A stretch of 53,317 nt of DNA from an uncultured Caulobacteraceae bacterium (GTDB lineage: Bacteria > Pseudomonadota > Alphaproteobacteria > Caulobacterales > Aquidulcibacteraceae). Below the pieces are notes generated by a model. That model did no database searches, was not told where the DNA came from, and saw only the letters and a program-made list of their open reading frames with translations. The stretch is taken from positions 1-53,317 of the forward strand of contig CAYNCS010000002.1 in NCBI GenBank assembly GCA_964395875.1, given 5' to 3'. This document shows, in pieces, positions 1-8,997 of this stretch. Each line of letters opens with the position of its first letter. Within the stretch, counting starts at the first letter, position 1. The position numbers were made by a program, and so were the translations under genes.

Positions 1-609
1 CGATTCACCACAGATTACTAATAAACAGAATTCTCGGGCCGCGGCGTCGGCATGGATGTGGTGAAAAAATCGATTCAGGCGTTGGGCGGGCGCATCACGA
101 TTACGTCTGCGCCGGGCAAAGGCTCTATCTTCACGATGAGTTTGCCGCTCACCCTGGCCGTTCTGGACGGCATGGTGGTGAAAGCAGGCGATCAGACGCT
201 CGTCGTACCGCTTACAACAATCGTCGAAACGCTGCAGCCGAAGCAGAACGACGTGCGCAGACTGGGAGCGCGCGGCAATGTGCTGTTTGTGCGAGGCACC
301 TATGTGCCGATGATCGACGTGGCCGAGCGACTCGGTTGGAGCGAGGGCGTCGGCGACCCAACAAAAGGCGTGATCTTGCTGGTCGAAGGCGAAGGCGGCG
401 GCCGGTCGGCGCTGCTCGTCGAAGAAATTCAGGGCCAGCGCCAGGTCGTCATCAAGAGCCTTGAGCAAAATTATCAAAGGGTGGAGGGCATCGCGGCGGC
501 CACCATCCTCGGCGACGGCCGCGTCGCCCTCATCCTGGACACCGACGCGGTGATCGCCGGCCTCAACGAAAGCGCTGAGATAGCGCCGCAATTTCTGGAA
601 GCGAGTTAA
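1..609 (+). CDS. cheA: Chemotaxis histidine kinase CheA, 3' part only (end of HATPase domain plus CheW-like P5 domain); cut by the window edge and possibly interrupted
   Basis: The frame of ORF 52..609 extended leftwards encodes ..SGRGVGMDVVKKSIQALGGRITITSAPGKGSIF (G2 box), then LPLTLAVLDGM and a CheW-like domain. M52 lies inside the G2 box, so it is not a real start. In-frame TAA TAA at nt 19-24 (see findings). Confidence 0.8.
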
Positions 610-612
610 GTC

Positions 613-1080
613 ATGACCGAGCACGCGCACTCTCTCATTGCAGCCGCCAGCGAACTCATCTCGTTCCGCATCGGCGACCAGGAATATTGCGTGGACATCA
701 TGTCCGTGCGGGAAATTCGGGGCTGGGCGCCTGCGACGCCGCTGCCGCGCGCGCCGAGCTTCATGCTTGGCGTCATCAATCTGCGCGGCGCCGTATTGCC
801 GGTGATCGATCTGTCCAGCCGCCTGGGCTTAGGGCAGACCACGCCGACGGCGCGGTCCGTGATCATCGTGGTGCGGATCGATTCTCATCTGGTCGGTCTT
901 CTGGTCGACGCCGTGTCGGATATCCTCACCGTTGAGGACAGCGTGGTGCAGCCGACGCCCGATGTCAGCTGCGACGCCGTGAAGTCCTTTGTAAAAGGCA
1001 TCATCGCGCTCGATGGGCGCATGATTTCCTGGATCGTCCTTGATCGCATTCTTCCGGAACAACAGGCGGAGGCGGCGTGA
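613..1080 (+). CDS. cheW: Chemotaxis coupling protein CheW
   Basis: 155-aa single CheW-like domain ([36 protein letters not shown]). Starts 4 nt after the cheA stop and lies between cheA and cheR. Confidence 0.9.
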   Translation: MTEHAHSLIAAASELISFRIGDQEYCVDIMSVREIRGWAPATPLPRAPSFMLGVINLRGAVLPVIDLSSRLGLGQTTPTARSVIIVVRIDSHLVGLLVDAVSDILTVEDSVVQPTPDVSCDAVKSFVKGIIALDGRMISWIVLDRILPEQQAEAA

Positions 1081-1964
1081 CGCAGGACTCCAATTTCGAG
1101 CTACAGCCGCAAGCGGTGTTCGCCGAGGGTGAATTCGATTTCACCCCCGACGATTTTCGCGCGATCGCGAACACGCTGCACAAGGAAACCGGAATTTTCA
1201 TGCCGGAATCCAAGTCGACGCTCGTTTATTCGCGTCTGACGAAGCGGTTACGCAAGCTCGGCTTTGCATCCTTCAAGCAATACCGCAAATTTCTCGCGTC
1301 CCCCGAAGGGTCCGAGGAACGCATCGCCATGATGTCGGCCCTGACGACGAACCTCACCAAATTCTATCGCGAACCGCATCACTTCGATTTGCTGCGCCGG
1401 CAAGTGCTTGAGCCGCGCGCCGCGGAAGTGCGCGGCGGAGCTCCGTTGCGAATTTGGTCTGCTGCTTGTTCGACCGGCGAGGAGGCGTATTCCATCGCGC
1501 TCACTGTGCTGCAGGTCTTCCCTGACGCGCTGGATCTCGACGTCAAAATTCTTGCGACCGACATCGATCCTGTCGTGGTGCGCAGGGCCAGCGAAGGCCG
1601 CTATGCCGAGAGCTCCGTTGAGCCCATTCCCTCCGCGCTCCTGGAGCGGTGGTTTGAAGTGGACGGCGCGCGTGGGCAGCGCACTTACGCCGCTACGCCG
1701 GAGATGCGTTCGCTGATCTCATTCAAAGAACTGAACCTGATTGGTTCGTGGCCGATGAAGGGGAGGTTCGACGCGATCTATTGCCGCAATTGCGTGATCT
1801 ATTTCAATGACGAGACGCAAGCCGCGCTGTGGCCTCGCTTCGCCGCCGCTCTCAAGCCGAGCGGGCGGCTTTATATCGGGCATTCGGAACGCGTCAGCGA
1901 TCCAGGCTTCGAAAGCGACGGGTTGACCGCCTACCGCTTGAAAGCACAGAGAGCCGCGGCATGA
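1077..1964 (+). CDS. cheR: Chemotaxis protein methyltransferase CheR
   Basis: GTG start overlaps the cheW stop (GTGA). SAM-methyltransferase/CheR motifs [38 protein letters not shown]. Confidence 0.9.
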   Translation: MTQDSNFELQPQAVFAEGEFDFTPDDFRAIANTLHKETGIFMPESKSTLVYSRLTKRLRKLGFASFKQYRKFLASPEGSEERIAMMSALTTNLTKFYREPHHFDLLRRQVLEPRAAEVRGGAPLRIWSAACSTGEEAYSIALTVLQVFPDALDLDVKILATDIDPVVVRRASEGRYAESSVEPIPSALLERWFEVDGARGQRTYAATPEMRSLISFKELNLIGSWPMKGRFDAIYCRNCVIYFNDETQAALWPRFAAALKPSGRLYIGHSERVSDPGFESDGLTAYRLKAQRAAA

Positions 1965-2995
1965 AGAAAACACGTGTACTGATCATAGACGACTCGGCCA
2001 CGATGCGTAAGGTGATCCGCACCTGCCTGTCGCAAGACCCTGAAATCGAAGTGTGCGGCGAAGCGGAAGATCCACTCGTTGCACGCGACGCCATTAAGGC
2101 GCTCAATCCAGACGTTCTCACGCTGGACGTTGAAATGCCGCGCATGAACGGTCTCGAGTTTCTCGAAAAGATCATGCGTCTGCGGCCGATGCCGGTGATC
2201 ATGGTTTCGACCTTGACCCAGCAAGGCGCCGACGTGACGCTGGCGGCGCTTGAAATGGGCGCGTTCGATTGCGTCGGAAAGCCTTCGCACTTCGCATCGG
2301 CTGAGGCGTTCACGGAATTGCCGGCCAAGGTGAGAGCTGCGGCGAGATCGCGCGTCAGAACGTCGGCGGACCGATTGCCGGCGGCGGCGCCAGCATTGTT
2401 CAAACCCAACGGCAAGCTGCTTGCGATCGGCTCCTCGACCGGCGGCGTTGAAGCCCTGGTGAACATCCTGACGCATTTTCCTGCCAATTGTCCGCCGACG
2501 GTCATCACCCAGCATATGCCGCCTACTTTCACGACCAGCTTCGCTGCGCGCCTGAACAGAATATGCGCGCCTGCGGTGGCGGAGGCGACCGAGGGCGCCG
2601 TGTTGGCGCCGGGGCACATCTACATTGCCCCAGGTGGAGACGCGCACCTCGAAGTGACAGGTTCAAAAACCCTGCGCTGCCGCCTGGTGTCGTCGCCTCC
2701 GGTGAACGGGCACTGCCCATCCGTCGACGTATTGTTTCGCTCCGTCGCGCAATGCGCGGGGGCGGAGGCCGTGGGCGTGATTTTGACGGGCATGGGCCGG
2801 GACGGCGCCGCGGGTTTGCTCGAAATGCGCAAAAAAGGCGCGCGCTCGATTGGGCAAGACGAGTCCTCTTGCGTTGTCTATGGTATGCCCAAGGCAGCGC
2901 AGGAAATTGGCGCAGTCGAGCGTCAATTGCATTTAAACAAGATTCCTGGCGCCGTGCTGAGCTTGTGTTCGGCTGAGACGCGGGAGGTTGCATAA
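1961..2995 (+). CDS. cheB: Chemotaxis response regulator protein-glutamate methylesterase CheB
   Basis: The ATG at 1961 overlaps the cheR stop (ATGA). N-terminal receiver ([25 protein letters not shown]) plus methylesterase domain ([19 protein letters not shown]). The ORF-track start at 1829 lies inside cheR and is rejected. Confidence 0.9.
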   Translation: MKKTRVLIIDDSATMRKVIRTCLSQDPEIEVCGEAEDPLVARDAIKALNPDVLTLDVEMPRMNGLEFLEKIMRLRPMPVIMVSTLTQQGADVTLAALEMGAFDCVGKPSHFASAEAFTELPAKVRAAARSRVRTSADRLPAAAPALFKPNGKLLAIGSSTGGVEALVNILTHFPANCPPTVITQHMPPTFTTSFAARLNRICAPAVAEATEGAVLAPGHIYIAPGGDAHLEVTGSKTLRCRLVSSPPVNGHCPSVDVLFRSVAQCAGAEAVGVILTGMGRDGAAGLLEMRKKGARSIGQDESSCVVYGMPKAAQEIGAVERQLHLNKIPGAVLSLCSAETREVA

Positions 2996-3384
2996 TGCCG
3001 GCTGCATCTGCTCTCAAAGTCTTGTTGGTTGACGATCAATTGTCCATGCGCGCCCTCGCGCGGGCGGCGCTGCAACAGATTGGCGTCGTGGACATATCGG
3101 ACGCCAGCGACGGCGAAGAAGCCTTCAAAGCACTGGTGCAGCGTCCCGTGCATCTTGTGATTTCTGACTTCAATATGCCGAAGCTGGACGGCCTCGGTCT
3201 GCTGCGCGCCATTCGCGCCCACGAACCTATTCGAGGGACGGCGTTCATCATGCTCACAGGTCGCGCCGACAAGGAGCTGGTGCAGCGCGCTATGCAATTC
3301 GGCGTGAACAATTACATCGTGAAGCCGTTCACCGCCGCGCAGCTTAAATCAAAAATCGAAGATGTGTTCGGAGCGTTGACATGA
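2995..3384 (+). CDS. cheY: Single-domain chemotaxis response regulator CheY
   Basis: 129-aa receiver domain (VLLVDDQLSMR, VISDFNMPKLDG, IVKPF). Its start overlaps the cheB stop. Confidence 0.9.
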   Translation: MPAASALKVLLVDDQLSMRALARAALQQIGVVDISDASDGEEAFKALVQRPVHLVISDFNMPKLDGLGLLRAIRAHEPIRGTAFIMLTGRADKELVQRAMQFGVNNYIVKPFTAAQLKSKIEDVFGALT

Positions 3385-3944
3385 CGGCCGCCGCCAACGC
3401 CGCCGAAAGATTGCAGCATGTGATTCAGGGCGAATTTGCCGTCACGGACGATCCGTCGATCGTCCTCACTGCGATCCTGGGATCATGCGTGGCCTGCTGC
3501 CTGCACGATCCTGCGCTGCGCATCGGCGGCATGAATCACTTTTTGTTGCCGGGCGATGAATCATCCAAGGACGACGGGTTGCGCTACGGCGTCAATTCGA
3601 TGGAATTGTTGATCAACGGCCTCTTGCGGCGCGGCGCGCGGCGTGAGCGCTTGGAAGCCAAACTCTTCGGCGGCGCCCGCGTTTTAGCCGGATTGTCCGA
3701 CATCGGCGCCCAAAATGCAGCCTTTGCACGGCGGTTTCTTAAGGAAGAAGGCATACCTTGCATTGGTGAAAGTCTCGGAGGCGACCGCGCCCGGCGCGTT
3801 CGCTTTTCCCCGACGTCCGGGGCTGCGCGTCAATTGTTGCTAGAAAAAGTCAACCAAAGCGCGCTGGCTGCGGAAATGCCGCGCCGGAAGGCGCCGGCGT
3901 CGACCCCGGAGCCCGAAGGCTCCGGCGACTTGGATTTGTTCTAA
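3381..3944 (+). CDS. cheD: Chemoreceptor glutamine deamidase CheD
   Basis: 187 aa with CheD-type motifs (LGSCVACCLHD, GGMNHFLLPG, KLFGGA). ATGA overlap with cheY. Confidence 0.85.
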   Translation: MTAAANAAERLQHVIQGEFAVTDDPSIVLTAILGSCVACCLHDPALRIGGMNHFLLPGDESSKDDGLRYGVNSMELLINGLLRRGARRERLEAKLFGGARVLAGLSDIGAQNAAFARRFLKEEGIPCIGESLGGDRARRVRFSPTSGAARQLLLEKVNQSALAAEMPRRKAPASTPEPEGSGDLDLF

Positions 3945-3981
3945 AAGAAGAGGGCAGGACTTTACCCCCTGTAACGCTCAC

Positions 3982-4350
3982 ATGGCCACTGGCGCAAATA
4001 CGGCCGTAGACGTGGCGGCCGTCATGGATGGCCTCGCGAAGGAGATGCATGTTCTCACTTTGCAGGCGCTGAATCTCGAAAGCTCCCTGACCGGGCTTTC
4101 GTTGCGGGAGTGCGAGCCGGAACTCGTCCACGATCTGCAGCTGCTCGATCTTCTGCTGCAGCACATGGGTGAGCTGCGCAATTTCATGTCCATCCTGGCC
4201 CACGGTATTCATTCCGAGCAGACGCTTTGCCTCGACCGCGCGCTGGACGCCGTGCGGCTGCATGCAATTCAGGGCCGTCTTGCGGAAGCGCTTGGCCGGG
4301 CCGTGTCGCACACCCAAGCCGCAGATACCGGCGACCTTGAGATGTTGTGA
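3982..4350 (+). CDS. Small helical hypothetical protein in the post-cheD slot of the che operon
   Basis: 122-aa Leu-rich ORF, co-directional, 37 nt after cheD. Rhizobial che operons carry a small poorly characterised gene at this position (from memory: orf10/cheT). No motif recognised. Confidence 0.5.
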   Translation: MATGANTAVDVAAVMDGLAKEMHVLTLQALNLESSLTGLSLRECEPELVHDLQLLDLLLQHMGELRNFMSILAHGIHSEQTLCLDRALDAVRLHAIQGRLAEALGRAVSHTQAADTGDLEML

Positions 4351-4359
4351 GCCGTCGCG

Positions 4360-4962
4360 ATGAAGCCCGTCGACGCCAACTCAAAGTTTAATCTCTCCAG
4401 CGCAGTCGTCATGGTGGTCGACCGCTCGACGCATTCGTCTGATGTGATCGTTCAGATTTTATCCGGATTTGGCGTGCATAAGATACTGCGCTGCCAGACG
4501 GCGAAAAGGGCGATGGAAATTTTCTCCGTCAACGCCGTGGACTTGATCTTAATCGATCCGGAGCTAGAGGACGAAGATGGTCTTGAGTTCATCCGCGACA
4601 TCCGGCGCTCAAAGTCGGAAAGCCGCTTCGTGCCGATCATCTTGATCAGCGGCCATGCCAAGATTTCGAGCATCAAGCGCGCGCGCGATTGCGGGGCGAA
4701 CTTCTTCATCGCCAAACCGCTCACGCCGGCCGTGGTGCTTCAGCGCATCCACTGGGTGGCGTCGGATAAGCGCCAGTTTATCGATGTGGCGGACGGGTCC
4801 TATGCCGGGCCAGACCGCCGCTTCAAGTTTGAAGGTCCGCCTCCCGGTTCGGAGGGCCGGCGTGAAACCGATCTGCCGGTGGAGCTGGGCGATCAGACCA
4901 GCGCCAACCTCTCGCAAAACGAACTCAACACCATGTTCAAGCCGCAGAAGATCTCGATATGA
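4360..4962 (+). CDS. Receiver-domain response regulator with an Arg-rich C-terminal extension
   Basis: 200 aa. Receiver motifs are present (VMVVDRS, DLILIDPELEDEDG, ILISGH, FIAKPL), followed by a ~70-aa tail (GPDRRFKFEGPPPGSEGRRETD...). No DNA-binding domain. Confidence 0.8.
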   Translation: MKPVDANSKFNLSSAVVMVVDRSTHSSDVIVQILSGFGVHKILRCQTAKRAMEIFSVNAVDLILIDPELEDEDGLEFIRDIRRSKSESRFVPIILISGHAKISSIKRARDCGANFFIAKPLTPAVVLQRIHWVASDKRQFIDVADGSYAGPDRRFKFEGPPPGSEGRRETDLPVELGDQTSANLSQNELNTMFKPQKISI

Positions 4963-5471
4963 CGGTTGAAAACGCGAATAAACCCAAATCCAAGGCTGCC
5001 TTTTACCAGCCCGAGCCGCGCATCAAGACGATGGTGAATCGGCGTGACGGCATGCTCGTCAGCGACGCCGTCAAGAAGGCCGAGGCCAACGTGCAGGCCT
5101 ACAAGGAAACGGGCGTCGCAAGCATGGACGTCAAGATCGGCGAACTGGCCGAAATTTGCGGACGCATGCGCGGGGGCATCACGGCGGCCGACGAACGCAA
5201 GGCCTATCTGCTTTCGAATGACATTTTCGACGTCGCCGGCATGTTCGGCGAACCGGAGCTTTCAGAGGCGGCGTACAGCTTGTGTGAGCTGATCGGCAAT
5301 CGCGCGGAAGATAAGGCGTTGTCGTGGGACGCCGTCAACGTGCATGTTTCGACTATGCGTATTCTACGTCAGTCCGCCGACAATGCTGATCCAGCAACGC
5401 GGCAGGCCGTGCTCGCTGGTTTGCGTAAGGTCACCGCGCGGATGTTGGCTGAGACAGGCGCCGGGGAATAA
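4959..5471 (+). CDS. Hypothetical helical protein, possibly a His-less Hpt-like domain
   Basis: 170-aa ORF whose ATG overlaps the stop of the preceding receiver gene (ATGA). Contains NDIFDVAGMFGE, which resembles the CheA-P1/Hpt signature HxxKGxAGxFG. Confidence 0.55.
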   Translation: MTVENANKPKSKAAFYQPEPRIKTMVNRRDGMLVSDAVKKAEANVQAYKETGVASMDVKIGELAEICGRMRGGITAADERKAYLLSNDIFDVAGMFGEPELSEAAYSLCELIGNRAEDKALSWDAVNVHVSTMRILRQSADNADPATRQAVLAGLRKVTARMLAETGAGE

Positions 5472-5614
5472 AAAACCCGATGCGCACGTTAGACTGCCGC
5501 CCCGGTTCTTTGCCGGCTCGCGGGCGCCTTTAACGTCTTGAAGCAATCCACCGCGACAAAGTTGAGCGCGGTCACACCGACCAGCACAACCAGAAACGCA
5601 AGCCTGCAAAGAAC

Positions 5615-6103
5615 TCAGCGGGATTTCCTGGCGGTGCGCTTCTTGGTCGGCGCGGGTTTAGACCGCGCTTTGGCTTTGGCGATCGCCGGCCTAGCCGCCT
5701 TCGCCGCGGACTCGGCTTCCGAGAGGAGCTTTCCCAGGGCGCCCAGAATTTTTTTCCTAGCGGCGGTGGACTTCAGCATCTTGATCCGCGATGCGACGGC
5801 GTCGATCTCCCGATCGATTGCGCTGGACGCACGTCCTCTAGATCGGCCGTTGGTCAGAAGCTCGCCAGGCGCACATCCTAGCGCATCGGCCACGCGCACG
5901 AGAATGGAGCTCGCTATCCGATTGGCGCCGCGCTCATATTTCTGAACTTGCTGAAACGACATGCCGATCCGGTCGGCGAGTTCGGCCTGACTCATGCCCA
6001 AGGCGGAACGGCGGACGCGGATGCGCTCTCCGATCTCCGCTTCAACAGCCTCTTGCAGATTGTCCAATCTGGGCATGGTCTGCCTCGTCGGCGTTACGTT
6101 CAC
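5615..6103 (-). CDS. XRE-family helix-turn-helix transcriptional regulator with a Lys/Ala/Pro-rich basic tail
   Basis: HTH_XRE core RIRVRRSALGMSQAELADRIGMSFQQVQKYERGANRI. C-terminal AAKAARPAIAKAKARSKPAPTKKRTARKSR. The opposite-strand ORF 5538..5945 is a shadow. Confidence 0.8.
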   Translation of the reverse strand: MNVTPTRQTMPRLDNLQEAVEAEIGERIRVRRSALGMSQAELADRIGMSFQQVQKYERGANRIASSILVRVADALGCAPGELLTNGRSRGRASSAIDREIDAVASRIKMLKSTAARKKILGALGKLLSEAESAAKAARPAIAKAKARSKPAPTKKRTARKSR

Positions 6104-6255
6104 CCGGTGTCGAAATTCTATTCGCGGAGTTTAAGCGTGTTCGCTCCGTCGCACGACGGAAAACAAGCCAATTGCCCCCAAAAGCCTTGTATCAAAGTTG
6201 CAGCCCCGGCGGAACTGCCGAACTTTCCGGCAAGAAGCTGGAACGTTGCGCGCAA

Positions 6256-7251
6256 TCAACCAACGCCGAAAATGCGTGGCTCGTGCACCGAGTGCCAAGC
6301 GAATGCGGTCTCGACCACCGCATCAAATTGAAATCTTGGCGACCATTTCAGCAATTCTCGCGGTTTAGCGTTGTTGGCGACCAAAATCGGAGCATCGCCC
6401 GCTCGGCGAGATTCGAGGCGGACATCAAATCTGCGGCCGGAAACGCGTTGCACGGCCTCGATGAGCTGCAGCACGCTTACGCCGACGCCGGCGCCCAAAT
6501 TGAATATGTTGCTAGGCGCGCCGTTCTGAAGCGAATTCAGCGCGGCGACATGCGCGGCCGCCAGGTCGGTGACGTGGATATAGTCTCGAATGGCGGAACC
6601 GTCGTCAGTTTCATAATCCGTGCCGAAAACGGAAAAATGATCGCGGCGTCCGAGCGCTGTGTGGATCGCCAAGGGCAACGCGTGCGATTCCGGTTGATGG
6701 CGTTCTCCGATTTCCCCGTCGGGGTCTGCGCCGGAAGCGTTGAAATAGCGCAAACTTACGTATCGCAACGGTGTATGCGCCGCGAGGTCCGCGAGGGTCT
6801 CGTCGATCATCAGCTTGGTGCGCCCGTAGGGACTCAAAGGACAGACGGGATGGGCTTCGTCCATGGGCGCGTACCGGGGCGCACCGTAGACCGCGCAAGT
6901 TGACGAGAAGACGACGTTCTCGACGCCTGCACGCAGCGCGGCGTTAAATACCTTTATCGCGCCGCCGACATTGTTGTCGTAAAAACGCGCCGGCTCCTTC
7001 ACGGACTCGCCAACCTCTATGAATGCGGCGCAGTGAATTACAGCTCTAGGGCGATATTCGGCCAAAGCGCGGGCGACCCTTTCGCCGTCACGAATGTCGC
7101 CTTCCACGAGCGGGCCCCATTTCACAAATGCGCGGTGACCGTTCGAGAAATTGTCGTAGACGACCGGCTCAAAGCCGGCCTGCGCGAGGGCCTTGCAAAT
7201 GTGTGAGCCGACATAGCCGGCCCCGCCTGTTACGAGGATTCTGTCGCTCAT
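6256..7251 (-). CDS. galE: UDP-glucose 4-epimerase (extended SDR)
   Basis: 331 aa. N-terminal Rossmann motif ILVTGGAGYVGSH, catalytic SPYGRTK (YxxxK), typical GalE length. Confidence 0.9.
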   Translation of the reverse strand: MSDRILVTGGAGYVGSHICKALAQAGFEPVVYDNFSNGHRAFVKWGPLVEGDIRDGERVARALAEYRPRAVIHCAAFIEVGESVKEPARFYDNNVGGAIKVFNAALRAGVENVVFSSTCAVYGAPRYAPMDEAHPVCPLSPYGRTKLMIDETLADLAAHTPLRYVSLRYFNASGADPDGEIGERHQPESHALPLAIHTALGRRDHFSVFGTDYETDDGSAIRDYIHVTDLAAAHVAALNSLQNGAPSNIFNLGAGVGVSVLQLIEAVQRVSGRRFDVRLESRRAGDAPILVANNAKPRELLKWSPRFQFDAVVETAFAWHSVHEPRIFGVG

Positions 7252-8140
7252 TCACTGTCGCCTGGTATTGGCGGCGGAGCCCAATTCCTTCCGAAGGCCC
7301 GTTCGCATCGCAACTAAATGACTGATGCGGAGAGGACTTGCGAACGAATTCTCTGTCCAGGCGCCGCAGACTGAAAAATCATCGCAGGGGTCGTAAATTT
7401 AATCTGTCGACATACAATTATTTGGCGGCCGCAACGGGAGGTTTATACTCTTGCTGCACCCACAGCCGCCGCCCTTGCGCCGCCGGGACGCTAAACGCGA
7501 GACGGTCTCTGCGGGTTCCGCGTCCGGATTTCCTCAAGGCCTCAACTTTCTCCCTGCCGGGCCGGCGCTTCAGTAAGGTTTAACCGCGATCGCCGATTAT
7601 GGCGCGGCCTTTATCAGGACCCCGCGTCCATGAATTTTTACCGTTACTCCCGGCCGGCTATTTTTCTACCCGGCGACGCGCGACGAACGCCGGCCTATGC
7701 GCGGCGCGCCGCCGCGCGGCCCGATTGCAGGCGGACGTCGGATCCGCTTGCGCCATATTTTGTTCGGTCCTCCTGGCGCCGGTCCGAGGCTTGTCTGCAT
7801 TACTGGCGTGTGGGCGCGTGGAGTGGATCGCCCCTATACCAAAAGTTGTATTTTAAGGCTTCCTACGCTTGTAAGCGGGTATTGCGCAGCATCGAACAGG
7901 CTGCCCTGGCCGCCCGGCGAGTCGCGATGCAGGCGCGTGAGAGCCTTATTCAGAAGGTATTTGCCGGATAATTGCGTGGCGCCGGCGCCCAAATTGGCCA
8001 TGGTTGCGGCGCAGCCTACAGATGGAGCCAGCTGTGTAGCTCCGCAAATATTGTCCGATCAGGCGAGCGCGCCTATTCTAATAAGGAGTATTCTTGTGTG
8101 AGTCTGGCGCGCGCCATTTTGCCGATGTGCCGAGATATTT

Positions 8141-8935
8141 GTGGCATGGACCCTTCCAAATGATGAGAAAATGCAGCGCTTAGGGACCAAACTGGATCGC
8201 TCCAACCACAAGATCGTACAAGCGGGGTTTCCGGAGGGAGCTTTGGGCTTCGCCGTCGGAGACATTCATGGCCGCGCGGATCTCCTGGCGAGAATGCTGG
8301 ACCGGCTGGAGGCGGAGGCCGCGGCGCATCCCCATTTGCGCCCGATCGTGGTCTTCCTGGGCGATTACGTCGACCGCGGCCTGGAGAGCGCCAGGGTGAT
8401 CGAGATGCTGCTCAGCGGCCGCCCTCACGGCTTTGAGCGCCACTTCCTGCGCGGCAATCACGAACAGGCGATGCAGGCTTTCATGCGGGATCCTGAACAG
8501 GGCCGCGCCTGGCTTGCCTATGGCGGCGCCGAGACCCTTCTGTCCTATCGCGTGAAGCCGGTGTTCGTTGAGGCGCCGGCCGCGGCTCTCGACACGGCCG
8601 CCAAGGCGCTCGTGGCGTCGATGCCCGCCGCGCATAAGGAGTTTCTGGACGCCCTTGTGCCGGCCGTGACGATCGGGGACTATTTTTTCGTCCATGCCGG
8701 GGTTGATCCGGATCGTGGCATCGACGATCAGACCGAGCACGACCTCTATTGGATCCGGCAGCGCTTTCTAAGCGACACCAGGCGCTGGGATAAAATTGTC
8801 GTCCATGGCCACAGCCCGGTCAAAGAGGCGTTTCGCGACCACAGACGCGTCGCCATCGATACGGGGGCTTACGCAACCGGCAGGCTCACAGCCGCCCGCT
8901 TGGAAGCGAACCAGATTGCGTTCATTTCAGATTGA
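8141..8935 (+). CDS. PPP-family metallophosphoesterase / Ser-Thr(-Tyr) protein phosphatase (PrpA/PrpB-like)
   Basis: Canonical motifs GDIHGR, GDYVDRG, GNHE, VHAG, HGH in the correct order; 264 aa. Confidence 0.85.
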   Translation: MAWTLPNDEKMQRLGTKLDRSNHKIVQAGFPEGALGFAVGDIHGRADLLARMLDRLEAEAAAHPHLRPIVVFLGDYVDRGLESARVIEMLLSGRPHGFERHFLRGNHEQAMQAFMRDPEQGRAWLAYGGAETLLSYRVKPVFVEAPAAALDTAAKALVASMPAAHKEFLDALVPAVTIGDYFFVHAGVDPDRGIDDQTEHDLYWIRQRFLSDTRRWDKIVVHGHSPVKEAFRDHRRVAIDTGAYATGRLTAARLEANQIAFISD

Positions 8936-8997
8936 CGAGACAAAAAGTCCGGGGCGCATTATGGTAAAGACGCTCACCAAAGGCTGTAGACTTACAA

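Noticed and set aside
52-609. M52 as a genuine start of a 185-aa stand-alone CheW-like protein
   Set aside because: The Met lies in the middle of the universally conserved CheA G2 box (SGRGVG-M-DVV), and the homologous frame continues upstream to the TAA TAA codons. It is an ORF-finder artefact and not a start with its own RBS.
5615-6103. XRE regulator as part of a toxin-antitoxin or defence module
   Set aside because: It stands alone. There is no small partner ORF up- or downstream, and the flanks are the che operon end and galE.
7630-7971. 113-aa ORF (and overlapping 7599..7856, 7697..8101) as coding genes in the long gap
   Set aside because: They mutually overlap in different frames and are Arg/Cys/Pro-rich. 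They have no RBS-like context or motif, so I treat the region as non-coding.
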